Part shown: positions 8,810 through 16,577 of the stretch, piece after piece
How the letters are laid out: each line of letters opens with the position of its first letter
Numbering within the stretch: position 1 is the first letter of the stretch
From: Candidatus Binataceae bacterium
Lineage (GTDB): Bacteria; Desulfobacterota; Binatia; Binatales; Binataceae
Assembly: GCA_035534935.1 (NCBI GenBank)
Contig: DATLRA010000071.1
Coordinates: 1-56,707, forward strand
Direction: 5' to 3'
Length of the DNA stretch: 56,707 nt
Notes under the pieces: generated by a model
Seen by the model: only the letters and a program-made list of their open reading frames with translations
Databases searched by the model: none
Told to the model about the DNA's origin: nothing
Position numbers and translations under genes: made by a program

Positions 8810-9433
8810 ATGAATCACGCGTCAAGCCTCACGGGAATCGTCAACTGGCTCGCCGCGTGGGGCTATCTCGGAATCTTCGCGCTGGTCTTCATCGGTAACC
8901 TGGGCGTGCCGGTACCGGAGGAGACCGTGCTGCTGGCGGCGGGCTTCGTCGCCGGCCGCGGCGTCCTCGATCTCAAGTTGCTGTACGCGGTGGGTATCGG
9001 CAGCGCGGTGACGGGCGACTGCGCCGGTTACCTGTTGGGGCGCACCGGAGGCCAGCGGCTAATCGAACTGCTCGAGCGGAGCTTTCCGTTTGTCCATCCG
9101 AGCCGCGTCCGGCTTGAGCATTTTTTCGCAACCCACGGGAACAAAGCGGTTTTCATGGCGCGATTCGTCGCCGGGGCACGCTTCATGGCCGGCCCGATGG
9201 CCGGTGCGGCGGGGATGGGCTTCTGGCGCTTTCTCGGCTGGAACCTGTTCGGCGCGATCATCTGGTGCAGCCTGGTGATCACGATCGGCTACCTGGTCGG
9301 CGACGAGCTCGAATGGGTTGCGCACCTGCTCCATCGCGTGGGCCTTTGGGTAGCGCTCGCCGCAGTGTTATTGATCGGTGCGATTTGGCTATGGTGGTGG
9401 CGTGCAAGGGAGCAGCGTGTTTCAGCGTCGTAA
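8810..9433 (+). CDS. DedA family membrane protein
   Basis: Has the GYLGIFALVFIGNLGVPVPEE motif and multiple TM segments. The ATG at 8810 is preferred to the TTG at 8804. Confidence 0.85.
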   Translation: MNHASSLTGIVNWLAAWGYLGIFALVFIGNLGVPVPEETVLLAAGFVAGRGVLDLKLLYAVGIGSAVTGDCAGYLLGRTGGQRLIELLERSFPFVHPSRVRLEHFFATHGNKAVFMARFVAGARFMAGPMAGAAGMGFWRFLGWNLFGAIIWCSLVITIGYLVGDELEWVAHLLHRVGLWVALAAVLLIGAIWLWWWRAREQRVSAS

Positions 9434-9452
9434 ACGAAAAACGCTAAGACAA

Positions 9453-10112
9453 ATGTTTGCGATTGCGGCCGTGTCCACATTGGCGACGGCCGGATGCATG
9501 AAGCCGACGCCGATCGTGCTGCGCTATCTTCCCGATCCGGCCGCGCATTCGGCCGGGCGATTCTTTGCGGCCAAGGTTGCCGTAACGACCTCGCAGTCGC
9601 CGGGCGTGGACGCGCGGGTCGGTGTGATTGTGGATAGCGGCGGCGCCAAGACCGCGATTTTGCAGGTCGTGGATATCAACGGTCAGACCGCAAGCGTAAT
9701 CGCCAAGGCGCTGGCCGAAAGCGGGCTCCAGCCGGTAATGATCGGCGACGTGCCGGCGAGCCGGCAGCCGCCCTTTGGTATCGATTTCATGATCATGAGC
9801 GGGGTCAATGAGTTGAAATGCGACAAGCGCTTTTTGCCGGGTAGGGTGCCGGGCACCTACCGCCTGAGTGCCTCCGTCGTGATCAAACTCGAACTGCTCA
9901 ACCGTGACGGTGTGCTGGCGGTGGTCCAGGGCTCCAGCGACCTTGAGGAGCCGCCGTTCGGCGCCAATCAGGCGACTTACAAGCCGGCGATCACGGATCC
10001 GGGCAAGGCGCTGTCGTGGGCGCTGTCACGCGCGGTGCGCAGCGCGCTCGCCGATCCCGCCCTGGTTGCGCCGCTGCCACAGCATAAGATTCCCTCGCCC
10101 GCGGAAAACTAA
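9453..10112 (+). CDS. Hypothetical lipoprotein
   Basis: Signal peptide with a lipobox (MFAIAAVSTLATAGC). I recognise no family. Confidence 0.6.
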   Translation: MFAIAAVSTLATAGCMKPTPIVLRYLPDPAAHSAGRFFAAKVAVTTSQSPGVDARVGVIVDSGGAKTAILQVVDINGQTASVIAKALAESGLQPVMIGDVPASRQPPFGIDFMIMSGVNELKCDKRFLPGRVPGTYRLSASVVIKLELLNRDGVLAVVQGSSDLEEPPFGANQATYKPAITDPGKALSWALSRAVRSALADPALVAPLPQHKIPSPAEN

Positions 10113-10250
10113 TTTGCATAGCCGGGCCTTTCGGGACTACGCTGCGTGACCGATTGGAGGCCCGTGGCGCGGGTGAGCCGATCCGCGGCGGCGATTGCGC
10201 CGTCTACCTGATACACACAGTTATAAAATCCGCTCTCAAGGAGTAAAGCG

Positions 10251-10805
10251 ATGGCATTGCTACCCTACGTCGATGAAAGTACGGCTGGCGCGAAGACCCG
10301 CGAGATCCTCGGCAACACGCCGCGCAAGCTCAACGTCGCGCGCATGATGGCGAACGCATCGGAGCCGGTATTCCATAATTTTTCGCGCCTGGGCAGCGCG
10401 CTGCTGACCAAGGGCAAGCTCGATGCGAAGCTGCGTGAGCTGGCGATCCTGCGCACCGCCAAGGTCAGCCGGTCGGTCTACGAATGGACCCAGCACGTGC
10501 CGATCGCCAAGGCGGTCGGGGTGAGCGACGCGCAGATGGCGGCGGTGGAAAACTGGGAGGCGGCCACGTGCTTCAGCGAGGTCGAGCGGCTGGTGCTGCG
10601 CCTCACCGACGAGGTCGCGCGCGGCGTCAAGGGTTCGCATGCGACGCTCGAGGCCTTAAAGAAGCATCTCGGCACGGGTGAAGTGGTCGAGCTGATCATG
10701 GCGATCGGATTCTGGGGCATGGTCGCGCGGGTGCTCGAGACGACCGAGGTCGACCTCGAGGATTTCGCCGGCAAGGTGAACCTGCTCGATCGCGCCAAGC
10801 CATAG
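10251..10805 (+). CDS. Carboxymuconolactone decarboxylase (AhpD-like) family protein
   Basis: 184 aa with a CMD-domain pattern (RELAILRTAKVSRSVYEWTQH). AAGGAG lies upstream of the ATG. Confidence 0.85.
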   Translation: MALLPYVDESTAGAKTREILGNTPRKLNVARMMANASEPVFHNFSRLGSALLTKGKLDAKLRELAILRTAKVSRSVYEWTQHVPIAKAVGVSDAQMAAVENWEAATCFSEVERLVLRLTDEVARGVKGSHATLEALKKHLGTGEVVELIMAIGFWGMVARVLETTEVDLEDFAGKVNLLDRAKP

Positions 10806-10962
10806 CCGCGCGCGGAATGGGCGCCGAAAGAAGCCGTCGAAAACGCGTCAGTCAATTACCGTGAGTGGATGACCGTATATAAGAGGAATTCCCGATCAAA
10901 ACAATACACTGAAGAATGATGGCAAGCGGGGCGCTTTGTGCTTCAATATTTTTGGCGGAGCA

Positions 10963-11991
10963 ATGGGCAATACAGAACGAAAGATGGTCTACGATGAAAA
11001 AAGACGCGCGCCTCGCAATCGGACGCTCATCCTCACAGATCGTGAGAAAGCGGCCTTGTCACAAAAGCTTCTGAGGGCGCCCGTAACAGCCAACGCGGAG
11101 CAGCTTGCGGACCAAATAATTTGCGGCGATTTCCTTACACTCCTGCCGCAACTACCCAATTCCTTCGTTGACCTGCTTATTGTTGACCCACCCTATAACC
11201 TCACGAAGTGCTTTGGAGCGGAGAGCTTTCGCGCAATGCCGGTGGCCGATTATGAAGAATGGTTTGAGAGTTGGTTTGTCCGCTTGCTGCCGCTTCTGAA
11301 ACCGACCGCGAGTATTTACGTGTGCGGCGATTGGAGGTCTTCCGCTGCGGTTCAACGAGTGCTCGACCGATGCGTTATCGTCCGGAATCGGATTACGTGG
11401 GAACGCGAGAAGGGCCGAGGCTCGAAGACCAACTGGAAGAACGCCAGCGAAGATATCTGGTTCGCGACCGTTTCTGACGATTACTGCTTCAATGTTAAGG
11501 AGGTAATGCTGAAACGGCGAGTGATCGCGCCCTACCGCATGAATGGGCATCCCAAAGGTTGGGACGACCACCCAGACGGCCAATTTCGCCTCACTCATCC
11601 ATCGAATATTTGGACCGACTTGACCGTTCCATTCTGGTCAATGTCTGAAAATACCGAGCACCCAACCCAGAAGCCGGAGAAACTATTAGCGAAATTGCTA
11701 TTGGCGAGCAGTCGAGAGAACGATTTTGTCTTTGACCCATTCCTTGGTTCAGGCACAACGGGAGCCGTCGCACGCAAATTGGGACGACGCTTTTTGGGCA
11801 TAGAGTGTGACGAGCATCACGCCTGTCTCTCGCTCAAGCGCGCGGAACTCGCGGTACGGGACCACTCCATTCAAGGATATAACGACGGTGTCTTTTGGGA
11901 GCGCAATTCATTAAACGTGAAGTCGAAGAAGGTAGTTCAGGAGTGCGATTTGCAACCTACATTGTTTGGAGCCACCAAATCGCCGAGCTAG
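10963..11991 (+). CDS. Site-specific DNA methyltransferase, beta-class (N6-adenine or N4-cytosine)
   Basis: Motif IV (LIVDPPYNL) lies N-terminal to motif I (DPFLGSGTTG), the beta permutation. The HPTQKPEKLL block is present. The gene is visibly AT-richer than its surroundings. Confidence 0.85.
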   Translation: MGNTERKMVYDEKRRAPRNRTLILTDREKAALSQKLLRAPVTANAEQLADQIICGDFLTLLPQLPNSFVDLLIVDPPYNLTKCFGAESFRAMPVADYEEWFESWFVRLLPLLKPTASIYVCGDWRSSAAVQRVLDRCVIVRNRITWEREKGRGSKTNWKNASEDIWFATVSDDYCFNVKEVMLKRRVIAPYRMNGHPKGWDDHPDGQFRLTHPSNIWTDLTVPFWSMSENTEHPTQKPEKLLAKLLLASSRENDFVFDPFLGSGTTGAVARKLGRRFLGIECDEHHACLSLKRAELAVRDHSIQGYNDGVFWERNSLNVKSKKVVQECDLQPTLFGATKSPS

Positions 11992-12012
11992 GCACCAGTT
12001 CTTAGCGCAGGC

Positions 12013-12678
12013 ATGAAGAAATCGCCGATCTTTGTCCCTGCGACACGAAAAGCCATCGAAGGGAAGGTTCGCGATCTGCTTAATCGGCAGGCTGATTTTT
12101 TATCTGACAAAACCGCCGAAAGTACGCGGGCGCCGGGTGACGCAATTCAGTCCATCATCGAGCGTGGATTTGCGAGAATACTCGGCGATTTTATTCACGA
12201 ATATTCCGACCATTTCGCACGTCGGGCGATGGCCGACCTGGCATTCAAAGACAAACTCGGCAACTACTATGTCGTGGATGTAAAGACACATCGCGAAAAT
12301 GCGGCCTTCAGCATGCCGAACTTGATTTCCGTTGACCGGTTGGCCCGTTTCTATGAAGACGATGCCAACTTCTTCGTCATTCTGATGGTGCAGTATACGG
12401 TTTCTGGAATCCGCGCAACGATTAGCCAGGTTCATTTCGTTCCAATTGAGCATTTGAGTTGGGAGCGCTTGACGATTGGTGCTTTAGGTAATGGGCAGAT
12501 TCAAATTGCGAACTCGAAGCAGATCAAAATTGATCCGGCAAAATCCCGGCGGTCGTGGATGCTGGAATTCTGTGAAACTATGCTCACATTCTATCCGCGA
12601 GAGATTGTCAAGATTCGCGGACGGATCGCGCAATTTGAGAAAGTGAAGGCATTTTGGACTGCGAAACCCGAGGTATGA
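12013..12678 (+). CDS. Putative type II restriction endonuclease (PD-(D/E)XK-like), family unassigned
   Basis: Starts 21 nt after the methyltransferase stop on the same strand and has the same AT-rich composition. Candidate catalytic residues are D75 and D89-V-K91 (MADLAFKD...YYVVDVKTH). Confidence 0.5.
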   Translation: MKKSPIFVPATRKAIEGKVRDLLNRQADFLSDKTAESTRAPGDAIQSIIERGFARILGDFIHEYSDHFARRAMADLAFKDKLGNYYVVDVKTHRENAAFSMPNLISVDRLARFYEDDANFFVILMVQYTVSGIRATISQVHFVPIEHLSWERLTIGALGNGQIQIANSKQIKIDPAKSRRSWMLEFCETMLTFYPREIVKIRGRIAQFEKVKAFWTAKPEV

Positions 12679-12768
12679 GTTCCGTATCGATCTGGTTTTC
12701 GCGTCACGAACATCCAGCGGGACTAACAATTACGCGGAGTAATAGACCCTCGCTCAGCACGGGCGCCC

Positions 12769-14385
12769 CTACTCGATGCGGGGTTTGCGCTGTTCTTCGA
12801 GCTGGCGGAGCTCGACGCGGCGGATTTTGCCGCTGACCGTCTTGGGCAGATCGTCGACGAACTCGATCTCGCGCGGGTACTTGTAGGGCGCCGTGATCCG
12901 CTTGACGTGCTCCTGCAGCTCGGTCGCCAGCGCGTCGCTGCGTTCGGTACCCGGCTTGAGCCGCACGAAGGCCTTGACGATCGATCCGCGGTCGGCGTCG
13001 GGGCTCGCGACCACCGCCGATTCCATCACGGCCGGATGTTCGAGCAGCGCGCTTTCGACTTCAAACGGGCCGATGCGATAGCCGGCCGAGGTGATGACAT
13101 CGTCGGCGCGGCCGACGAACCACAGGTAGCCGTCGGCGTCGCGGTAGGCGTTGTCGCCGGTGAGATAGTAGTCGCCGCGAAAAACGGCGGCGTTCTCGTC
13201 GGGATTCTTCCAGTATTCGAGCAGGATCGAGGGCGGCCGTTCGGGCTTGACGCGCACGGCGATCTGGCCCGTGTCGCCGACCGCGCATTCGCCGAGCCGG
13301 TCGTCGAGCACGCGCACGTCCTGGCCGAAGAACGGCCGGCCCATCGAGCCCGGCTTGACCTGCATGCCAGGGATATTGCCGGCGACGATGGTGGTCTCGG
13401 TCTGGCCGTAGCCGTCATGGATCATCAGGTTGAAATGCTGGCGCCAGACTTCGATCACCTCGGGATTAAGCGGCTCGCCCGCGCCGGCGCAATGGCGCAG
13501 CGCCGGCAACTGGTATTGCGCGAGGTCTTCCTTGACCAGCATCCGATACTCAGTTGGCGGTGCGCAGAAAGTAGTAATGCGATAGCGGGCGAGCAGCGCG
13601 AACTGTTTTTTCGGATCGAAGCGGCCGTTGTACATGAAGGTGGTGACGCCGTTCATCCACGGGCCGAAGAGGACGCCGTACGCCGCCTTGGCCCATCCGG
13701 TATCCGAGGTCGTCCAGTGCAGATCGCCGGGCTTGAGGCCCAGCCAGAGCGATCCGGTAAAGCGCTGCGCGTAGGTATAGCCGTGTCCGTGGAGCACCGC
13801 CTTGGGCTCCTTGGTGGTGCCCGAAGTGTAGTAGCAGATGGCGGGTTCGTCGGCGCGGGTTTCGAGCGGACGGAAATCGGCGGCCGCCTGATGCATCGCC
13901 TCCTGGATCGAGGTCCATCCGCTGCGCGCGCTGCCGGCGATGAGGTAGTGGGTGATCGAGGGACATTGGCGCCGCAGGTCGCCGACCAGCTCGGCGCTTT
14001 CGGTGCTGGCGATAATCATGCGCGCGCCCGAATGATTCGCGCGATAGACGAGATCCTTTTCGCGCAGCATCGAGACGCACGGCACGACGATCGCGCCGGC
14101 CTTGAGCGCGCCGATATAGATCGATTGCCACAGCGTCATGCGCGGCAGAACGATCATCACCGGATCGCCGCGGCGCAGGCCCAGCCCCGTCAGGGCGTTG
14201 GCCACGCGGTTGGACTGGTTGCGAATATCGGCGAAGGTCAGGCGCGCGCGATTGCCCGCCTGATCTTCCCACAGCAGGGCGACGCGGTCCGGGTCGGCGG
14301 CATAGGCGTCGGCCGCCGCGCCGAAATTGAAATGCTCGGGGGTGTTCCAGCGGAACTCACGATGCTGTCTGGCGTAATCGTCCAT
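12769..14385 (-). CDS. AMP-forming acyl-CoA synthetase (medium-chain / aromatic acid type)
   Basis: 538 aa with the AMP-binding motif YTSGTTKEPKAV, YGQTE, and a C-terminal GKIRR. Confidence 0.9.
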   Translation of the reverse strand: MDDYARQHREFRWNTPEHFNFGAAADAYAADPDRVALLWEDQAGNRARLTFADIRNQSNRVANALTGLGLRRGDPVMIVLPRMTLWQSIYIGALKAGAIVVPCVSMLREKDLVYRANHSGARMIIASTESAELVGDLRRQCPSITHYLIAGSARSGWTSIQEAMHQAAADFRPLETRADEPAICYYTSGTTKEPKAVLHGHGYTYAQRFTGSLWLGLKPGDLHWTTSDTGWAKAAYGVLFGPWMNGVTTFMYNGRFDPKKQFALLARYRITTFCAPPTEYRMLVKEDLAQYQLPALRHCAGAGEPLNPEVIEVWRQHFNLMIHDGYGQTETTIVAGNIPGMQVKPGSMGRPFFGQDVRVLDDRLGECAVGDTGQIAVRVKPERPPSILLEYWKNPDENAAVFRGDYYLTGDNAYRDADGYLWFVGRADDVITSAGYRIGPFEVESALLEHPAVMESAVVASPDADRGSIVKAFVRLKPGTERSDALATELQEHVKRITAPYKYPREIEFVDDLPKTVSGKIRRVELRQLEEQRKPRIE

Positions 14386-14433
14386 GAGTCAATCGTCCGT
14401 CACAGGTATACGCGAGCCGGAGGCGCTCGCGTG

Positions 14434-16107
14434 TCACGCTTTGCGGTCGGCCGCGGGCTGCGAGCGGGCGGCGGCGGCCTCAATATATTTTATGCTCACC
14501 GGCGAGAGATCGTTGCGTCCGATGTGCACGTCGATAACCACGAAGCCGGCGCATTGATGCGCCGCGGCCAGCGCGTCACGCAATTGTGCGGCGGTCGAGG
14601 CCTCAAGACCGGTGCCGCCCCAGTCGGCCGCGAGCCTGGCATAGGGCCACGTCGGAATATCGAGCAGGTCGGGCCGCTCGGTGGCGACCGGGCGGAAGAT
14701 GCCCCATCCGCCGTTATTGATGACCAGCACGATCGGATTGGCGCCCCAGGAGGCCGCGTGCGAAATCTCGGGTCCGGTCATCTGGAAGGCGCCGTCGCCC
14801 GACAGGATGATCGGGCGCATCCCGGAACCGACTTGCGCGCCGAGGGCGGCCGGCACCGCAAAGCCCATCGAAGCGTAAAAGCCCTGCGCCAGGTAAGTTC
14901 CATGATGCGGCACGCGCACGTCGAGCCCGCCGAACAGCATATCGCCCGATTCGGCCACGACCATGTAGCGCTCATGCGTGGCAAGGAAATCGTTGACCGC
15001 GCGCAGCACCTCGCTGACGCGCACCGGCGACGCGTCGGGACCGGCCTCGGGCGCGGCGGGCAGGTTATTGGCATAGGTCACGGTCTCCTGATGATTGCGC
15101 AGGTCCTGGCGCAGCAGGGCGCGCACGAAATCGTTGACGCCCACGTCGATATAGCTGTGGTATTTCACGTCGACGCGCCGATCGACCGCCCAGACCGAAT
15201 TGGCCTCAATGATGTGCGGCGGCCGGTTGCCGAAGTTCATGTCAGTCTTGAGGCATCCGAGGTTGAGCACGAAATCCGCCTCGTCGATGCGCGCGACGAT
15301 CGGCGCCGGACTGATCGGCCCCACATGCACGCCCATATAGAGCGGATGGTCCATCGGGAAGGCGCCCTTGCCGAGGACCGTGGTGAGCACCGGCGCACCC
15401 ATCTTTTCGGCCAGTTCGACCAGTTCGCGCGCGGCCTTGTAGCGATGGATCTCGATGCCCGCGATCAGCACGGGCTTGCGGCTCGCGTTGAACATGGCGG
15501 CGGTCTCGCGGGCGGCTTCCTCGATCCGGCGGGCGTCGGATTCATGGAAGTGCAGGCGCCCGTCCCATTCGATCAGATCGGGCGGCACGTCGATTTCGCG
15601 GTCGACCATGTCGCGATGGATTTCGATATAGCCGGGGCGCTGCTCGGCCCATACCGCGCAGACCACCTGATGCAGTTCGCGCGCCGCGCGGAGCGGATCG
15701 AGCAGCACGCGCGAGGCGCAGGTGACCTCGCGGTAGATGCGATGCTGCGATTCGATTTCGCGTGCCTGATGATGGATGAGCGTGCCGAGCTTACGCTCCT
15801 CCTCGCCCGGACCGCCCGAGAAAATCAGCAAGGGTACGCGCTCGGAAAATGAGCCGGCGACCGGATTGACGAGATTATGGCCGCCCGCGCCGTAGGTCAC
15901 GCAGACTACCCCAATCGTGCCGGTGGCGCGGGCATAACCGTCGGCCGCGAAGCCGACGCCCGGCTCATGCGAGAGCGTCAGGACTTCGAGATCGTGGCGC
16001 CGGCCGAGCGCGAAAAAGAGCTTGAGCGCAAGGTCGCCCGGGATGCCGAAGACGTGGCGCACGCCGATCTTGCGCAGGTAGGCAACCAGAAATTCGCCTA
16101 GCGTCAT
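14434..16107 (-). CDS. Thiamine-diphosphate-dependent 2-oxo-acid decarboxylase (indolepyruvate/phenylpyruvate decarboxylase-like)
   Basis: N-terminal TPP Pyr domain (GIPGDLALKLF, HEPGVGFAADGYAR) and a C-terminal GDGAFQMT...NNGGW TPP-binding motif. The start is set at MTLGEF. Confidence 0.85.
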   Translation of the reverse strand: MTLGEFLVAYLRKIGVRHVFGIPGDLALKLFFALGRRHDLEVLTLSHEPGVGFAADGYARATGTIGVVCVTYGAGGHNLVNPVAGSFSERVPLLIFSGGPGEEERKLGTLIHHQAREIESQHRIYREVTCASRVLLDPLRAARELHQVVCAVWAEQRPGYIEIHRDMVDREIDVPPDLIEWDGRLHFHESDARRIEEAARETAAMFNASRKPVLIAGIEIHRYKAARELVELAEKMGAPVLTTVLGKGAFPMDHPLYMGVHVGPISPAPIVARIDEADFVLNLGCLKTDMNFGNRPPHIIEANSVWAVDRRVDVKYHSYIDVGVNDFVRALLRQDLRNHQETVTYANNLPAAPEAGPDASPVRVSEVLRAVNDFLATHERYMVVAESGDMLFGGLDVRVPHHGTYLAQGFYASMGFAVPAALGAQVGSGMRPIILSGDGAFQMTGPEISHAASWGANPIVLVINNGGWGIFRPVATERPDLLDIPTWPYARLAADWGGTGLEASTAAQLRDALAAAHQCAGFVVIDVHIGRNDLSPVSIKYIEAAAARSQPAADRKA

Positions 16108-16236
16108 GCGTCTGTCCAACCGAATCACCTCCCGGGCGGCCGCCACGATTCTAACGCAAAGCGCGGCGCACGTCCGCAGGCCACAATCGAGGGGGGCGGC
16201 TTACGGTGATGCTTTCCATCGGGATATGCTACAGTT

Positions 16237-16566
16237 TTGGCGGGGTTGACGGTGTTTCGATCCTTCCTCAGAACGCAATTGCTTAATCCGCTGCGCCTGC
16301 GTGGCATTCTCGCCTATATGCCGCAGTTCGTGCGCGTCTTTTGGCGGCTGATGGGTGATCGGCGCGTGTCGATGCTGGCCAAACTGGTGCCGCCGTTGGG
16401 GATTCTGTTGCTGATTACGCCGCCCGCGCTGGAACTCGATTTTATACCAATCATCGGGGAGCTTGACTGGATTCTGGTCATCTACCTGTCACTTAAACTC
16501 TTCATCTGGATGTGCCCGCCCGACGTGGTCCGCGAACACGTCGCGCAAATCGCGCGCGGCACCTGA
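16237..16566 (+). CDS. DUF1232 (YkvA-like) membrane protein
   Basis: The LDFIPIIGELDW motif resembles the DUF1232 signature. The start is uncertain (TTG 16237, GTG 16252 or ATG 16318). Confidence 0.6.
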   Translation: MAGLTVFRSFLRTQLLNPLRLRGILAYMPQFVRVFWRLMGDRRVSMLAKLVPPLGILLLITPPALELDFIPIIGELDWILVIYLSLKLFIWMCPPDVVREHVAQIARGT

Positions 16567-16577
16567 CCTGATTTACC

